A DNA stretch of 64,000 bases from an uncultured Candidatus Saccharibacteria bacterium (GCA_964426555.1 CAYRQJ010000002.1:29556-93555), one strand, 5' to 3'; numbered from the stretch's first letter, positions 31,403-41,447 are shown. Numbers and translations are program-made. The notes: generated by a model from the sequence alone, not told the origin.

Positions 31403-31720
31403 ATGGAATTCGCAGTTATTAAAACAGGAGGTAAGCAATACCGTGTCTCAAAAGGGGACACTATTCGTATTGAAAAAATGAAAGACATTGCAGAAGTTGG
31501 CCAAAAGGTAACTTTTGACGAAGTTCTTTTAGTTGATAATGGAAAAGATACAACAATTGGTATGCCATTAATTGATGGGGCAAAAGTTGAAGCAGAAGTT
31601 TCAAAAATTGGCCGTGCTGATAAAGTAATGGTTGTGAAATATTTACAAAAATCTCGCTACCATAAAAAGAACGGTCACCGTCAACCATTTGTAGAAGTAA
31701 AAATTACTGCAATTAAATAA
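31403..31720 (+). CDS. rplU: 50S ribosomal protein L21
   Basis: FAVIKTGGKQYRV...GHRQPF. Confidence 0.97.
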   Translation: MEFAVIKTGGKQYRVSKGDTIRIEKMKDIAEVGQKVTFDEVLLVDNGKDTTIGMPLIDGAKVEAEVSKIGRADKVMVVKYLQKSRYHKKNGHRQPFVEVKITAIK

Positions 31721-31729
31721 TACTATTAT

Positions 31730-31757
31730 AAAAAACCGCTATGCATAGCGGTTTTTT
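31730..31757 (+). terminator. Intrinsic terminator
   Basis: AAAAAACCGCTATGCATAGCGGTTTTTT. Confidence 0.75.
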
Positions 31758-31781
31758 ATGTGATATAATTGTAAACAGATT

Positions 31782-34088
31782 ATGCAAAATCCACACATGC
31801 CCGACATACCAATGAACCGTGATGTTACGTATTTTGCTCGTACTAATTTTCGTGGCGGAAATCAAATTTTTGGTATCAAAAGAAAAGACCGTCGTCAGCA
31901 TATGTATGTGTTGGGTAAATCTGGTACAGGTAAATCAGCTCTACTTTCAAATTTGATTATTCAAAATGTTTGGAATGGTGAAGGTGTATGTGTGGTAGAT
32001 CCACACGGAGAGCTTGTTGAGACTGTATTAAAAATGATTCCTGAACATCGACTAAATGATGTTGTATATTTTAACCCAGCAGATACAGAATACTGTATAG
32101 GATTTAACCCACTTGAACTACCTGATCCAAAATATAAACATTTAGTGGCATCTGGGCTAATGGGAATATTTACAAAAATTTGGGCAAATGTATGGTCGTC
32201 TCGTATGGAATACATTATGAACAATACTATCTTAGCATTGCTTGATACTCCAAATTCAACACTACTGGGAATCCCTAGAATGTTAGTGGACAAAGACTAC
32301 CGTCAAGTGATAATTGAGAACCTGAAAGACCCAATTGTTAAAGCTTTTTGGGTACACGAATACGAACAATGGAAAGAACAATTTCGTAACGAAGCTATTG
32401 CTCCTATTCAAAATAAAGTTGGACAATTTCTTTCGTCTTCCATAATTCGTAATATAGTTGGCCAACAAGAAAGTACAATCGACATCTTCAAAATGATGAA
32501 CGAAGGTAAAATTTTCTTAGTCAATGTATCCAAAGGTAGAATAGGTGAAGATAATTCCGCACTACTTGGTGCAATGATTATTACAAAACTTCAGCTTGCT
32601 GCGATGGAACGTGTTCGTATTCCAGAAGACGAAAGAAGAGATTTTTATTTATACGTAGATGAATTCCAAAACTTTGTTACTGATTCTTTTGCTAGTATTT
32701 TATCTGAAGCTAGAAAATACCGTTTGTGTCTTATACTAGCTCACCAATATACTGCCCAAATCGAAGGTGGTGATAATGATTTAAAAGATGCTGTTTTTGG
32801 GAACGTAGGATCAATGGTTATTTTTCGAATTGGATCAGAAGATGCAAAATTATTTGAAAAAGAATTTGCCCCAGAATTTATTCCAGAAGATTTTGTTGGG
32901 CTACCTAACTACCAAGTATTTTTAAAATTAATGATAGACGGGGTAACTAGTAGACCTTTTTCTGCAAATACTCTTCCACCAATTAGAACAAACATTAGTT
33001 TTGATAGTAGCGCCCGAGCAATAGCAGAGTCAAGAAATACTTATTGCCGACCACAAATCCAAGTTGAAAACAATATTAATGCATGGAGCTCGACTTCTGG
33101 TGGAACCACGGTAGAAGCTAAATCAAACCCAGTTACTGGCGGTAAAATGTACCCAGCTGTATGTGTAAATTGTAATAAAGACATAATGGTTCCTTTTGAA
33201 CCTAAAGACGGAAAACCAATTTATTGTAAAGAATGTTTAAATAAAATCAAAGTTGGCGAATTAAAGCCGAATAAAGGTTATTACGATAAAAATTCAAATT
33301 CTGGCCCTAAACCAGCAGAATCATTAGCTATGCTTGGTATTGAATATGATGATTCTATAATAAATTCCAACAATCGAAATAACAAATCAACAAATTTTGT
33401 CAGAACTGGGAATAGTAGTAGCATGGCAAACAACACAGAACCAACTAAGAAATCTTTTGCTCCTAAAAAAGAACCAGAAGATAGTTATAAAGAAAAATTA
33501 TTAAAAGAAGACCCCGTAAAAAAACAAGATGGCTTTGGGTCTTTGAAAGATTTATTAAATAAAGTAGCTCCAACAAATAAAATCCCTCAAGAAAAACCAG
33601 TTTCAAATAATACTCCTATACAAAATGACCCCAAAAAAATAACCCTGCATTCACATACTATTAAAAAAGAAAACAATTTTCCTGAAACTAACACAATACT
33701 AAAAACAAAAGCTGCTAGCTACGAATCTCAACAAATGTTAAAAAATTTAATTGAAACAACAAAACAAACAGTAAATAATTCACCAGTAGTTAGTACTCCA
33801 ATTCAAAAAACCGAGGAGAAAGAAATTGTGGCAACAAAAGAACCTGAAGCAAAAATTGAAAACAAAAAAATAGTAGAACCTGTAGTTGAAGTTACTGAAA
33901 GAAAAATTGAACATATTGTGGAAGATAAGCCAGAGAATGCTGCTGTACCTAAACCACCAGAATCATACAGTAAAAGAACACCAGCAAAAGAAGTTCCTGA
34001 AGATATTTTAAAGCAGGTTTTAAATGATGAAGAAAAACCAGCCAGTACAAATACTAATGTTAATAGTAACCCAAATATAGACCAATAG
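31782..34088 (+). CDS. TraD/VirD4(HerA-FtsK)-like ATPase with CxxC-x17-CxxC zinc ribbon and low-complexity tail
   Basis: GKSGTGKS Walker A, DPHGE, YVDEFQNF, SEARKY, CVNC-x17-CKEC. Confidence 0.85.
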   Translation: MQNPHMPDIPMNRDVTYFARTNFRGGNQIFGIKRKDRRQHMYVLGKSGTGKSALLSNLIIQNVWNGEGVCVVDPHGELVETVLKMIPEHRLNDVVYFNPADTEYCIGFNPLELPDPKYKHLVASGLMGIFTKIWANVWSSRMEYIMNNTILALLDTPNSTLLGIPRMLVDKDYRQVIIENLKDPIVKAFWVHEYEQWKEQFRNEAIAPIQNKVGQFLSSSIIRNIVGQQESTIDIFKMMNEGKIFLVNVSKGRIGEDNSALLGAMIITKLQLAAMERVRIPEDERRDFYLYVDEFQNFVTDSFASILSEARKYRLCLILAHQYTAQIEGGDNDLKDAVFGNVGSMVIFRIGSEDAKLFEKEFAPEFIPEDFVGLPNYQVFLKLMIDGVTSRPFSANTLPPIRTNISFDSSARAIAESRNTYCRPQIQVENNINAWSSTSGGTTVEAKSNPVTGGKMYPAVCVNCNKDIMVPFEPKDGKPIYCKECLNKIKVGELKPNKGYYDKNSNSGPKPAESLAMLGIEYDDSIINSNNRNNKSTNFVRTGNSSSMANNTEPTKKSFAPKKEPEDSYKEKLLKEDPVKKQDGFGSLKDLLNKVAPTNKIPQEKPVSNNTPIQNDPKKITLHSHTIKKENNFPETNTILKTKAASYESQQMLKNLIETTKQTVNNSPVVSTPIQKTEEKEIVATKEPEAKIENKKIVEPVVEVTERKIEHIVEDKPENAAVPKPPESYSKRTPAKEVPEDILKQVLNDEEKPASTNTNVNSNPNIDQ

Positions 34089-34089
34089 T

Positions 34090-35226
34090 ATGAAAATTTT
34101 ATTAACCGGAGGCGGAACAGGTGGTCATTTTTATCCGCTTATTGCAATAGCAGAAAGAATAAATACTCTTTCAAGAGAAAAGAAGATTCTTGAAGTTGAT
34201 TTGTATTACATGAGTAATGGAAAATATGACGAAAAATCTTTGACTCAAAATAATATTAGTTTTGTATATGTACCTACAGGTAAATTGCGTTTGTATCCAT
34301 CTATAAAAAATGTTACTGATTCATTTAAAATAGTAACCGGTATTATAACTGCATGTTTTAAAATGTTTTTTATTTACCCAGATGTAGTAATTTCCAAAGG
34401 TGGGCATGGTGCGGTACCAGCATTATTTGCAGCTAGATTACTAAAAATTCCAATTATTATTCATGAATCAGATACTTATCCAGGCCGTACAAATGTATGG
34501 TCAGGAAAATTTGCAAAACTAATTACCTTGGCATATAAAGACAGTAACGAAATTTTTGATAAAAATAAAACTGCAGTTATTGGACTACCTATTCGAAATG
34601 AATTATTACATGTGCCAGCTCCAAGCGATGGAGCAAAATATTACGGGCTGGATGAACATATTCCAACTATTTTTGTATACGCAGGGTCACTGGGAGCTGA
34701 AAAAATTAATAATCTAATCTTAGAATCATTACCCGAATTATTAAAAAGTTATCAAATTATTCATCAGTGTGGTATTAAAAATGAAACAGAAGTAAGAAGT
34801 CGGACAAGTATAATACTGGAAGATCATCCTTATAAAAATCGCTATATTATAAAACCGTTTCTGGATGTAATAGACACCAGGCACGCTGCTGCAATTGCAT
34901 CTCTTGTAATTGCCCGCGGTAATTCAACTTTGTTTGAAGTAGCTGCTTGGAAAATACCAGCAATAGTAATACCTATTACTAAAAGTAACGGCAACCACCA
35001 GCACACTAATGCCGTAGCATTTGTCTCTATGGGAGCAGGAGTACTACTGGAAGAACAAAATGCATTGTCGCATTTATTTATTTCAAAAATTAATGAAATA
35101 TTACTACACCCTGATGTATGGCAAAAAATGCATAACTCTATGAAAGATTTTGGAGATATTGACGCAGCTGTTGAAATAGCTCGTGAAGCCATATTAATAG
35201 GCGAATCTCACGAAATAGACGATTAA
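34090..35226 (+). CDS. murG: MurG glycosyltransferase
   Basis: TGGGTGGHFYP, SKGG, IHESD..PG.TN, GLPIR, GSLGA, HQ..NA. Confidence 0.92.
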   Translation: MKILLTGGGTGGHFYPLIAIAERINTLSREKKILEVDLYYMSNGKYDEKSLTQNNISFVYVPTGKLRLYPSIKNVTDSFKIVTGIITACFKMFFIYPDVVISKGGHGAVPALFAARLLKIPIIIHESDTYPGRTNVWSGKFAKLITLAYKDSNEIFDKNKTAVIGLPIRNELLHVPAPSDGAKYYGLDEHIPTIFVYAGSLGAEKINNLILESLPELLKSYQIIHQCGIKNETEVRSRTSIILEDHPYKNRYIIKPFLDVIDTRHAAAIASLVIARGNSTLFEVAAWKIPAIVIPITKSNGNHQHTNAVAFVSMGAGVLLEEQNALSHLFISKINEILLHPDVWQKMHNSMKDFGDIDAAVEIAREAILIGESHEIDD

Positions 35227-35234
35227 AAAAGATT

Positions 35235-36704
35235 ATGTCTTCATTAAAACCCAATAAAATTCAAATCATCAAATATAGTCCGCCGCCATCAGAACTGCCG
35301 GTTCTTGGTGATATGAATCCATCTGAAGTTTCTTTTATTGGGCGAACAAATTATGCTGCAGCGTTGGAAGAAAAAAGATATGTTTTTGGAATTAAACGAA
35401 TAGACCGAAGACGCCATTTATATATTGTTGGAAAATCTGGGGTTGGAAAATCTAAACTTCAAGAATTAATGATTCGTCAAGATATAGCATATGGTTACGG
35501 TGTATGTGTTATAGACCCGCACGGCGAATTAATTGAAGATATTTTAGAATTTGTACCTGAAGACAGAATCGATGATGTTTGTATTATTGACCCGTCTGAC
35601 GATCAATACCCAGTATCTTTTAATCCACTGGCAAATATTGATAGCGGATTTAAACACCAACTTACTCAAGGTCTTATTGAAGTATTAAAAAAACAATTTG
35701 GATCAAACTGGACACCAAGATTGGAACACGTGTTTCGTTTTACCGTATTGGCGCTACTAGACTACCCATACGCTACAATGCGTGGAATGATTAGTATGCT
35801 GACCGACCGTAACTACCGTCAAAAAGTGGTGGAATACATTGAAGACGACATGGTAAAACGTTTTTGGGCAATTGAATTTGCGGACTGGAGTGAAAAATTT
35901 GATACCGATGCGATTATTCCATTGGTTAATAAGCTGGGACAATTTTTGTCTGACCCAATGTTACGAAACATTTTTGGGCAAATTGAGAACAAAGTTGATT
36001 TAGAAAAATTAATGAATGACAAAAAAATTGTTTTTATTAATTTATCCAAAGGTAAAATTGGGGAAGAAAATTCGTCTTTCTTTGGAGCTATGTTTATTAC
36101 AAAAATTAAACAAGCTGGTATGAGCCGTGCAAAATTAGATAAAGCTGATAGACACGACTTTTATTTATATGTAGACGAGTTTCAAAACCTTGTGACTGAT
36201 ACTTTTGAAAACATTTTATCTGAAGCTCGTAAATATGGACTAAATCTTACTGTTGCTCACCAGTATGTAAACCAACTTTTACCTAAAGTTCAGCAAGCCG
36301 TAATGGGAAATGTTGGGTCAATGATTACGTTTCGTGTTGGTGGAGAAGACGCTGTAAAACTAAAGCCCGAATATGCTCCAATATTTGATGTAAAAGACAT
36401 GATTAATCTTGGGGTAGGGGAATTTTATATTAAAATGACAATAGACGGCGAAAGTTACGACCCATTCTCTGCAGAAACATTAAAAGTTTTACCTCCAACA
36501 CATCCGTCTTATAGAGACAGAATTGTACAAGCATCTCGCGAAAAATATTCTATGCCAGTAGACGAAGTTAAGAAGATTTACGAACAAGAAGAATCTATGA
36601 TTGTTCGTAGTGCGTCTGAAAAAGCCGCAGTTACTCGTAGTAATACTGGTGGTGAATCAAACGATGCTCCCGCAAAGATAGTTGAAAGCGAACCATTAAT
36701 TTAG
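35235..36704 (+). CDS. Second TraD/VirD4-like ATPase
   Basis: GKSGVGKS, DPHGE, YVDEFQN, SEARKY; paralogue of 31782..34088. Confidence 0.85.
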   Translation: MSSLKPNKIQIIKYSPPPSELPVLGDMNPSEVSFIGRTNYAAALEEKRYVFGIKRIDRRRHLYIVGKSGVGKSKLQELMIRQDIAYGYGVCVIDPHGELIEDILEFVPEDRIDDVCIIDPSDDQYPVSFNPLANIDSGFKHQLTQGLIEVLKKQFGSNWTPRLEHVFRFTVLALLDYPYATMRGMISMLTDRNYRQKVVEYIEDDMVKRFWAIEFADWSEKFDTDAIIPLVNKLGQFLSDPMLRNIFGQIENKVDLEKLMNDKKIVFINLSKGKIGEENSSFFGAMFITKIKQAGMSRAKLDKADRHDFYLYVDEFQNLVTDTFENILSEARKYGLNLTVAHQYVNQLLPKVQQAVMGNVGSMITFRVGGEDAVKLKPEYAPIFDVKDMINLGVGEFYIKMTIDGESYDPFSAETLKVLPPTHPSYRDRIVQASREKYSMPVDEVKKIYEQEESMIVRSASEKAAVTRSNTGGESNDAPAKIVESEPLI

Positions 36705-36737
36705 CTATTAAAATTTAGTTTATAAAAATACAGAATA

Positions 36738-36772
36738 TACTTTATGAATTCCGAAACCCGAAACTGCCAAAA
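36738..36772 (+). repeat. 35-bp direct repeat, copy 1 (5' end of Cys-rich gene)
   Basis: TACTTTATGAATTCCGAAACCCGAAACTGCCAAAA identical to 38443-38477. Confidence 0.9.
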
Positions 36773-38441
36773 TTGTAAATCTGACTTTGTAATAGAGCCA
36801 GATGATTTTGATTTTTATAGCAAAATTGGCGTACCAGCACCAACATGGTGCCCGGAATGCAGAATGATCCGAAGATTTAATTTTCGTAATGAAAAAATGC
36901 TATTTCGTAGACCAGACGGTTTAACCGGTCAAGACATATTTTCTACGTTTTCTCCTGAATCAGAAGTAACTACTTATGAAAACAACTACTGGTTTGGATC
37001 AGAATGGGATCCAAATATTACAGGAAAAGATTACGATTTTAATAAAACTTTCTTTACACAATTTAAAGATCTTTTAAAAGTTGCTCCAATTCCAGCAAGA
37101 TCTGTATTTAAAATGGTAAATTCTGATTATTGTAATGAGGCTAGTGAATCAAAAAATTGTTATTTATGTTTTAATACAGACTTTATAGAAGATTCTGCTT
37201 ATTTAAGGAAAATTAGACAAGTAAAGAATTCATTTGATTTATATGAATGCGAGAACTGTGAACTTAGCTATGAAGGATTAGTTTTAGATAAATGCTATAG
37301 GACATTTTATTCTTTTGGTTTAGAAAATTGTGTAGATGTATGGTTTTCAAAAAATTTACGAGGATGTACTAATTGTTTTGGTTGCGTAAATTTAGTAAAT
37401 AAATCAAATTGTTATTTTAATGAGCAATTAACCAAGGAAGAATATAATAAAAAAATTAGTGAATTTAATTCTGGGTCATATTTTGAAATTGAACAAATAT
37501 TAAAAAAATCTAAGGAATTTTGGATGAAATTCCCAGTTAAATATAACTACAGTTTAAAGAACATAAATGCAACAGGGGATAGGATATTTAATTCTAAAGA
37601 TATCAAGGATTCATACTATATAAAGAATTCTCAAAATTTAACTTACTGCCAAGATGTTTGGAATAAAAGTTCAGACTGTTACGACTATTCAGTATGGGGG
37701 GACGGAGCACAAAATGTATATGAATCAATGACATGTGGGTTAGGAATTTCAAATATAAAATTTTGTTTTAATTGTTGGGAGAATGAACAAAATTTAGAAT
37801 ATTGTGGATACTGTATTGGTTCAAACGATTGTTTTGGATGTATTGGTTTATACAAAAAACAATATTGCATATTAAATAAACAATATACAAAAGAAGAATA
37901 CTTTGAATTACTTCCCAAAATAAAACAGCATATGATGAATATGCCGTATGTTGATTCAAGTAATAGAGTTTTTAAATATGGTGAATTTTTTCCTTATGAC
38001 ATATCACCTGTAGCTTATAACGAAAGCTTAGCTCAAGATTTTTTTCCACTTAATCCTAATAAAATAATAGAAAACGGTTATCAATATAGAGAGATAAAAA
38101 ATAGAGAATTTGAAAAAACTATTTTAGCTAAAGACATACCAGACAATATAAAGGATTTAAATGAAGATTTTATTAAAGAAATTATTGAATGCGAAAACTG
38201 TACAAAAGCATTTAGAATCATACCAATTGAATTTCAATTCTACAAAAATATAAATATCCCTATTCCTAGAAAATGTCAAGATTGCAGATTTACGGAAAGA
38301 TTTAAATTTGTTACAGTTCCAAAATTTTATAATAGAAATTGTATGAATAACGATTGTAATAATACTTTTATTACGCCATACGCTCCAGATAGGCCAGAAA
38401 TAGTGTACTGTGAAAAGTGTTACCAGCAAGAAATGATTTAA
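36744..38441 (+). CDS. Cys-rich CPR-type protein (zinc ribbons plus central Cys repeats), paralogue 1
   Basis: CQNC...CPEC, repeated C..C.GC.NL units, C-terminal YAPDRPEIVYCEKCYQQE. Confidence 0.85.
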   Translation: MNSETRNCQNCKSDFVIEPDDFDFYSKIGVPAPTWCPECRMIRRFNFRNEKMLFRRPDGLTGQDIFSTFSPESEVTTYENNYWFGSEWDPNITGKDYDFNKTFFTQFKDLLKVAPIPARSVFKMVNSDYCNEASESKNCYLCFNTDFIEDSAYLRKIRQVKNSFDLYECENCELSYEGLVLDKCYRTFYSFGLENCVDVWFSKNLRGCTNCFGCVNLVNKSNCYFNEQLTKEEYNKKISEFNSGSYFEIEQILKKSKEFWMKFPVKYNYSLKNINATGDRIFNSKDIKDSYYIKNSQNLTYCQDVWNKSSDCYDYSVWGDGAQNVYESMTCGLGISNIKFCFNCWENEQNLEYCGYCIGSNDCFGCIGLYKKQYCILNKQYTKEEYFELLPKIKQHMMNMPYVDSSNRVFKYGEFFPYDISPVAYNESLAQDFFPLNPNKIIENGYQYREIKNREFEKTILAKDIPDNIKDLNEDFIKEIIECENCTKAFRIIPIEFQFYKNINIPIPRKCQDCRFTERFKFVTVPKFYNRNCMNNDCNNTFITPYAPDRPEIVYCEKCYQQEMI

Positions 38442-38442
38442 T

Positions 38443-38477
38443 TACTTTATGAATTCCGAAACCCGAAACTGCCAAAA
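38443..38477 (+). repeat. 35-bp direct repeat, copy 2, followed by a 37-bp hairpin insert
   Basis: Identical to 36738-36772; followed by CCCCAAAGAAA...TTTCTACGGGG (38478-38514). Confidence 0.9.
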
Positions 38478-38533
38478 CCCCAAAGAAAATCATATTTCAT
38501 TGCTTTCTACGGGGCAAACTGTAAAATAAATAT

Positions 38534-40270
38534 ATGGAGAATAGAGAATGTCAGAATTGTCATAATAATTTCACGATTGAGCCGGATGATTTTGGCTTTT
38601 ACGAAAAAATTGGTGTACCAGTACCAACCTTTTGCCGAATTTGCATGAATCAAAGAAGGCTTTCTTTTCGTAATACTCATTCGTTATACAAAAGAAAAGA
38701 TTCATTTACTGGTAAAGATATAATTACAATATATTCTCCAGACAAAGATTTAACTGTAATGGCACAAAAAGATTGGTGGGGTGACAGTTGGAACGCAATG
38801 GATTATGCACAAGATTATGATTTTTCAAAACCATTTTTTACACAGTGGGATAATTTGCGTAACAATGTTCCTATGCAAAGTTTGTCTAATTCCAAAGCAG
38901 TAAATAGTGACTACTGTAATGTTGCCGAAGAAAGCTACGACTGTTATCTTGTTTCTGCATCATGGCGATGTGAAAGATCAATGTATTGTGATGCAGTAAG
39001 CCAAATTAAAGATACTATGGACTGTCATGTAGTAAACAAGTCTGACTTTTGTTATGACGATGTATTATGCCAATCATCTTACAAGCTTTTCTACAGTCAG
39101 GACTGTCATGCTTGTACAGATTCATATTTCCTATACGACTGCAGTGGTTGTACTGATTGTTTTATGTCTTCAAACTTACGTAACAAAAGTTATTGTTTTA
39201 ATAACGTTCAATTAACTAAAGAAGCTTACAAAGAAAAAATGAGTCAAATAAATTTAGGAAGTTTTGAGACTGTGCAATACTTAAAATCCGAATTTGAAAA
39301 AATGCGTTTAAATTCGTTTCATCGATTTAGTAATACATTAAATTCTGTAAATGTTACAGGTAATAACATTGAGAACGCAAAAAATTGTTATTATGCTTTT
39401 GATGCTTTTGAAGGATTAGAAGATTCTAAATATGTATTTTGGGCTGGGTACAAAGGTAAGGAATTTTTCCATTCTGGTCCAGGAGTAGGGGAAGGTGAAT
39501 TAATGTATGAATGTACTGATTGTGGTATAGGTGGTAACCGTAATTTATTTGCTAACGTAACTTATGGTTGCCAAAATATTGAATACTGTATCAACTGTCA
39601 TAATTCTTCAAATTTGTTTGGTTGTATTGGTTTGCGCAGTAAACAATATTGTATTTTCAACAAACAATATACAAAAGAAGAATGGCTGGAATTAATTCCA
39701 AAAATAAAACAACATATGAATGATATGCCATATATAGACAAAGCTGGTGTTGTTTATAAATACGGGGAATTTTTTCCAATTGAATTATCACATTTTTGTT
39801 ATAACGAAACGGTGGCTATGGACTATTATCCACTTACAAAAGAAGAATGTTTAGCCCGGGGTTATAAATGGAAAGACCCTGAAATAAAAAACTACGTGCC
39901 AACAGTTAAATCTACTGATCTACCTGACGATATTGCAATGGTAGGAGACAACATACTAGGAGATATTATTGAATGTGCTCATAAAGGTGAATGTAGCGAT
40001 AGATGTTCCACTGCATTTAAAATTACTGAAAATGAATTAAATTTTTATAAAAGATTCAACATTCCATTACCAAGACTATGTAACGGTTGCAGACATTATG
40101 AAAGATTACATAAAAGAACTCCTATGGATTTATGGCACAGACAATGTATGTGTAATAAATCAAACCATAATCACAGTAGTCAATGTCCCGTAGAATTTGA
40201 AACCGCATACGCCCCAGACAGACCAGAAATAGTGTACTGTGAAAAATGCTATCAACAAGAAGTAATATAA
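38534..40270 (+). CDS. Cys-rich CPR-type protein, paralogue 2
   Basis: Same architecture and the same C-terminal motif as 36744..38441. Confidence 0.85.
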   Translation: MENRECQNCHNNFTIEPDDFGFYEKIGVPVPTFCRICMNQRRLSFRNTHSLYKRKDSFTGKDIITIYSPDKDLTVMAQKDWWGDSWNAMDYAQDYDFSKPFFTQWDNLRNNVPMQSLSNSKAVNSDYCNVAEESYDCYLVSASWRCERSMYCDAVSQIKDTMDCHVVNKSDFCYDDVLCQSSYKLFYSQDCHACTDSYFLYDCSGCTDCFMSSNLRNKSYCFNNVQLTKEAYKEKMSQINLGSFETVQYLKSEFEKMRLNSFHRFSNTLNSVNVTGNNIENAKNCYYAFDAFEGLEDSKYVFWAGYKGKEFFHSGPGVGEGELMYECTDCGIGGNRNLFANVTYGCQNIEYCINCHNSSNLFGCIGLRSKQYCIFNKQYTKEEWLELIPKIKQHMNDMPYIDKAGVVYKYGEFFPIELSHFCYNETVAMDYYPLTKEECLARGYKWKDPEIKNYVPTVKSTDLPDDIAMVGDNILGDIIECAHKGECSDRCSTAFKITENELNFYKRFNIPLPRLCNGCRHYERLHKRTPMDLWHRQCMCNKSNHNHSSQCPVEFETAYAPDRPEIVYCEKCYQQEVI

Positions 40271-40280
40271 ATCAAAAGAA

Positions 40281-40306
40281 AAAAGCTACAAATACATGTA
40301 GCTTTT
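40281..40306. terminator. Probable bidirectional terminator
   Basis: AAAAGCTACA-loop-TGTAGCTTTT between convergent ORFs. Confidence 0.6.
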
Positions 40307-40329
40307 AAAAAATAAGATTTAGAAATGTT

Positions 40330-40461
40330 TTAAAAAACATCTGTCATAATGCCTTTATCGGCATCATCAAGAGCTTTTTGTCCACCAGGAGTTTGAAAGT
40401 ACAGGATTGCTACTGCTATTACAAGCAGTGCGATTGCGATTTTTTTAAGTAAATTTTTCAT
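40330..40461 (-). CDS. Small 43-aa membrane protein (not in ORF track)
   Basis: MKNLLKKIAIALLVIAVAILYFQTPGGQKALDDADKGIMTDVF*; upstream TGTTATAAT, downstream hairpin. Confidence 0.6.
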   Translation of the reverse strand: MKNLLKKIAIALLVIAVAILYFQTPGGQKALDDADKGIMTDVF

Positions 40462-40531
40462 ATTGTTATATTGAAAATATTATAACACAATATAATTTAT
40501 TAGCAAACATAGTAGGGTAGTGGTGCAATAT

Positions 40532-40561
40532 AAAAACCCTTCAGTAAAATGAAGGGTTTTT
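40532..40561 (-). terminator. Terminator after rpmA
   Basis: AAAAACCCTTCA-loop-TGAAGGGTTTTT. Confidence 0.75.
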
Positions 40562-40568
40562 ATATAAA

Positions 40569-40856
40569 CTATTTAGTTGCAGGTAATACTACATGAACTT
40601 GTTTACGAACAGAAGTTGATCCATCGAAATTGTTTTTTCTTTTGTTAGTAAATTTTACTGTACCATCTTTAAGAGCAAACAATGTGTGGTCACGTCCCAT
40701 ACCTATGTTTTCACCAGGAATGATTTTTGTTCCACGTTGACGAATGATGATGTTTCCTGCAATGACTTTTTCTCCAGCGTATTTTTTAGTACCAAGATAC
40801 TTTGGGTTTGAGTCGTTCAGGTTCTTGGCGCTACCGCCGGCTTTTCTATGTGCCAT
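40569..40856 (-). CDS. rpmA: 50S ribosomal protein L27
   Basis: [28 protein letters not shown]. Confidence 0.97.
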   Translation of the reverse strand: MAHRKAGGSAKNLNDSNPKYLGTKKYAGEKVIAGNIIIRQRGTKIIPGENIGMGRDHTLFALKDGTVKFTNKRKNNFDGSTSVRKQVHVVLPATK

Positions 40857-40955
40857 ATAATATAATTAAATTTAAACGAATACTACTAAACATTTCGTAA
40901 TACTGGCAGACAGGCAAGCATACTAGATATTTATATTGTATAATAAGGTAACGGT

Positions 40956-41447
40956 ATGAATATAACAGATATTTGGACTAAAATCAAGAGCTTCTTAAAT
41001 TCGAAGACTGGGGAACTGGTAATCATTTTATTAGTATTAATAGCTTCTAATATTGCTAGCTTCTATATTGGTAAAAATACAGGTAATACCCCAAACAATG
41101 ACAATTCTAGTAGTGAATATGCTCAAATTAAAACTAATGACTATAGTTTAGCTGACCCAGTTTACAAGGCTGGATCTTTTGCTATGGCAGCTTATAAAAG
41201 CTCTAAAACTGCCCCACAAAGCCCTGAAATAGCCCAAAATGGGGAAGTAGCAGTCAATACTACAAATAGCGGGAATATTACCACCAATCCCCGCTATGTA
41301 GCCAGTAAGAATGGCCGGGTCTACTACTATACTTGGTGCTCGGGTGCTAAAAATATTAAAGACGACATGCGTAGATATTTTAATTCTGGGGCTGACGCTA
41401 GGGCAGCGGGATATACACCATCCAAAGCTTGCGCTGGGCTGGATTAG
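40956..41447 (+). CDS. Membrane-anchored protein with C-terminal Ada-like metal-binding domain
   Basis: N-terminal TM; YVASKNGRVYYYTWCSGA...F.S..ARAAGYTPSKAC. Confidence 0.65.
   Translation: MNITDIWTKIKSFLNSKTGELVIILLVLIASNIASFYIGKNTGNTPNNDNSSSEYAQIKTNDYSLADPVYKAGSFAMAAYKSSKTAPQSPEIAQNGEVAVNTTNSGNITTNPRYVASKNGRVYYYTWCSGAKNIKDDMRRYFNSGADARAAGYTPSKACAGLD

Noticed and set aside
33300-34088. Low-complexity Asn/Lys/Pro/Glu-rich tail of the first ATPase as a tandem repeat
   Set aside because: Compositional bias only; no discrete nucleotide repeat unit seen.
31782-36704. Integrative conjugative element
   Set aside because: No relaxase, mating-pair genes, integrase or att repeats; the genes are interleaved with core genes.
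40903-40919. GC-rich CTGGCAGACAGGCAAGC in the rpmA divergent promoter region, like half of a short palindromic repeat
   Set aside because: Single short occurrence with no complementary arm; cannot be supported.
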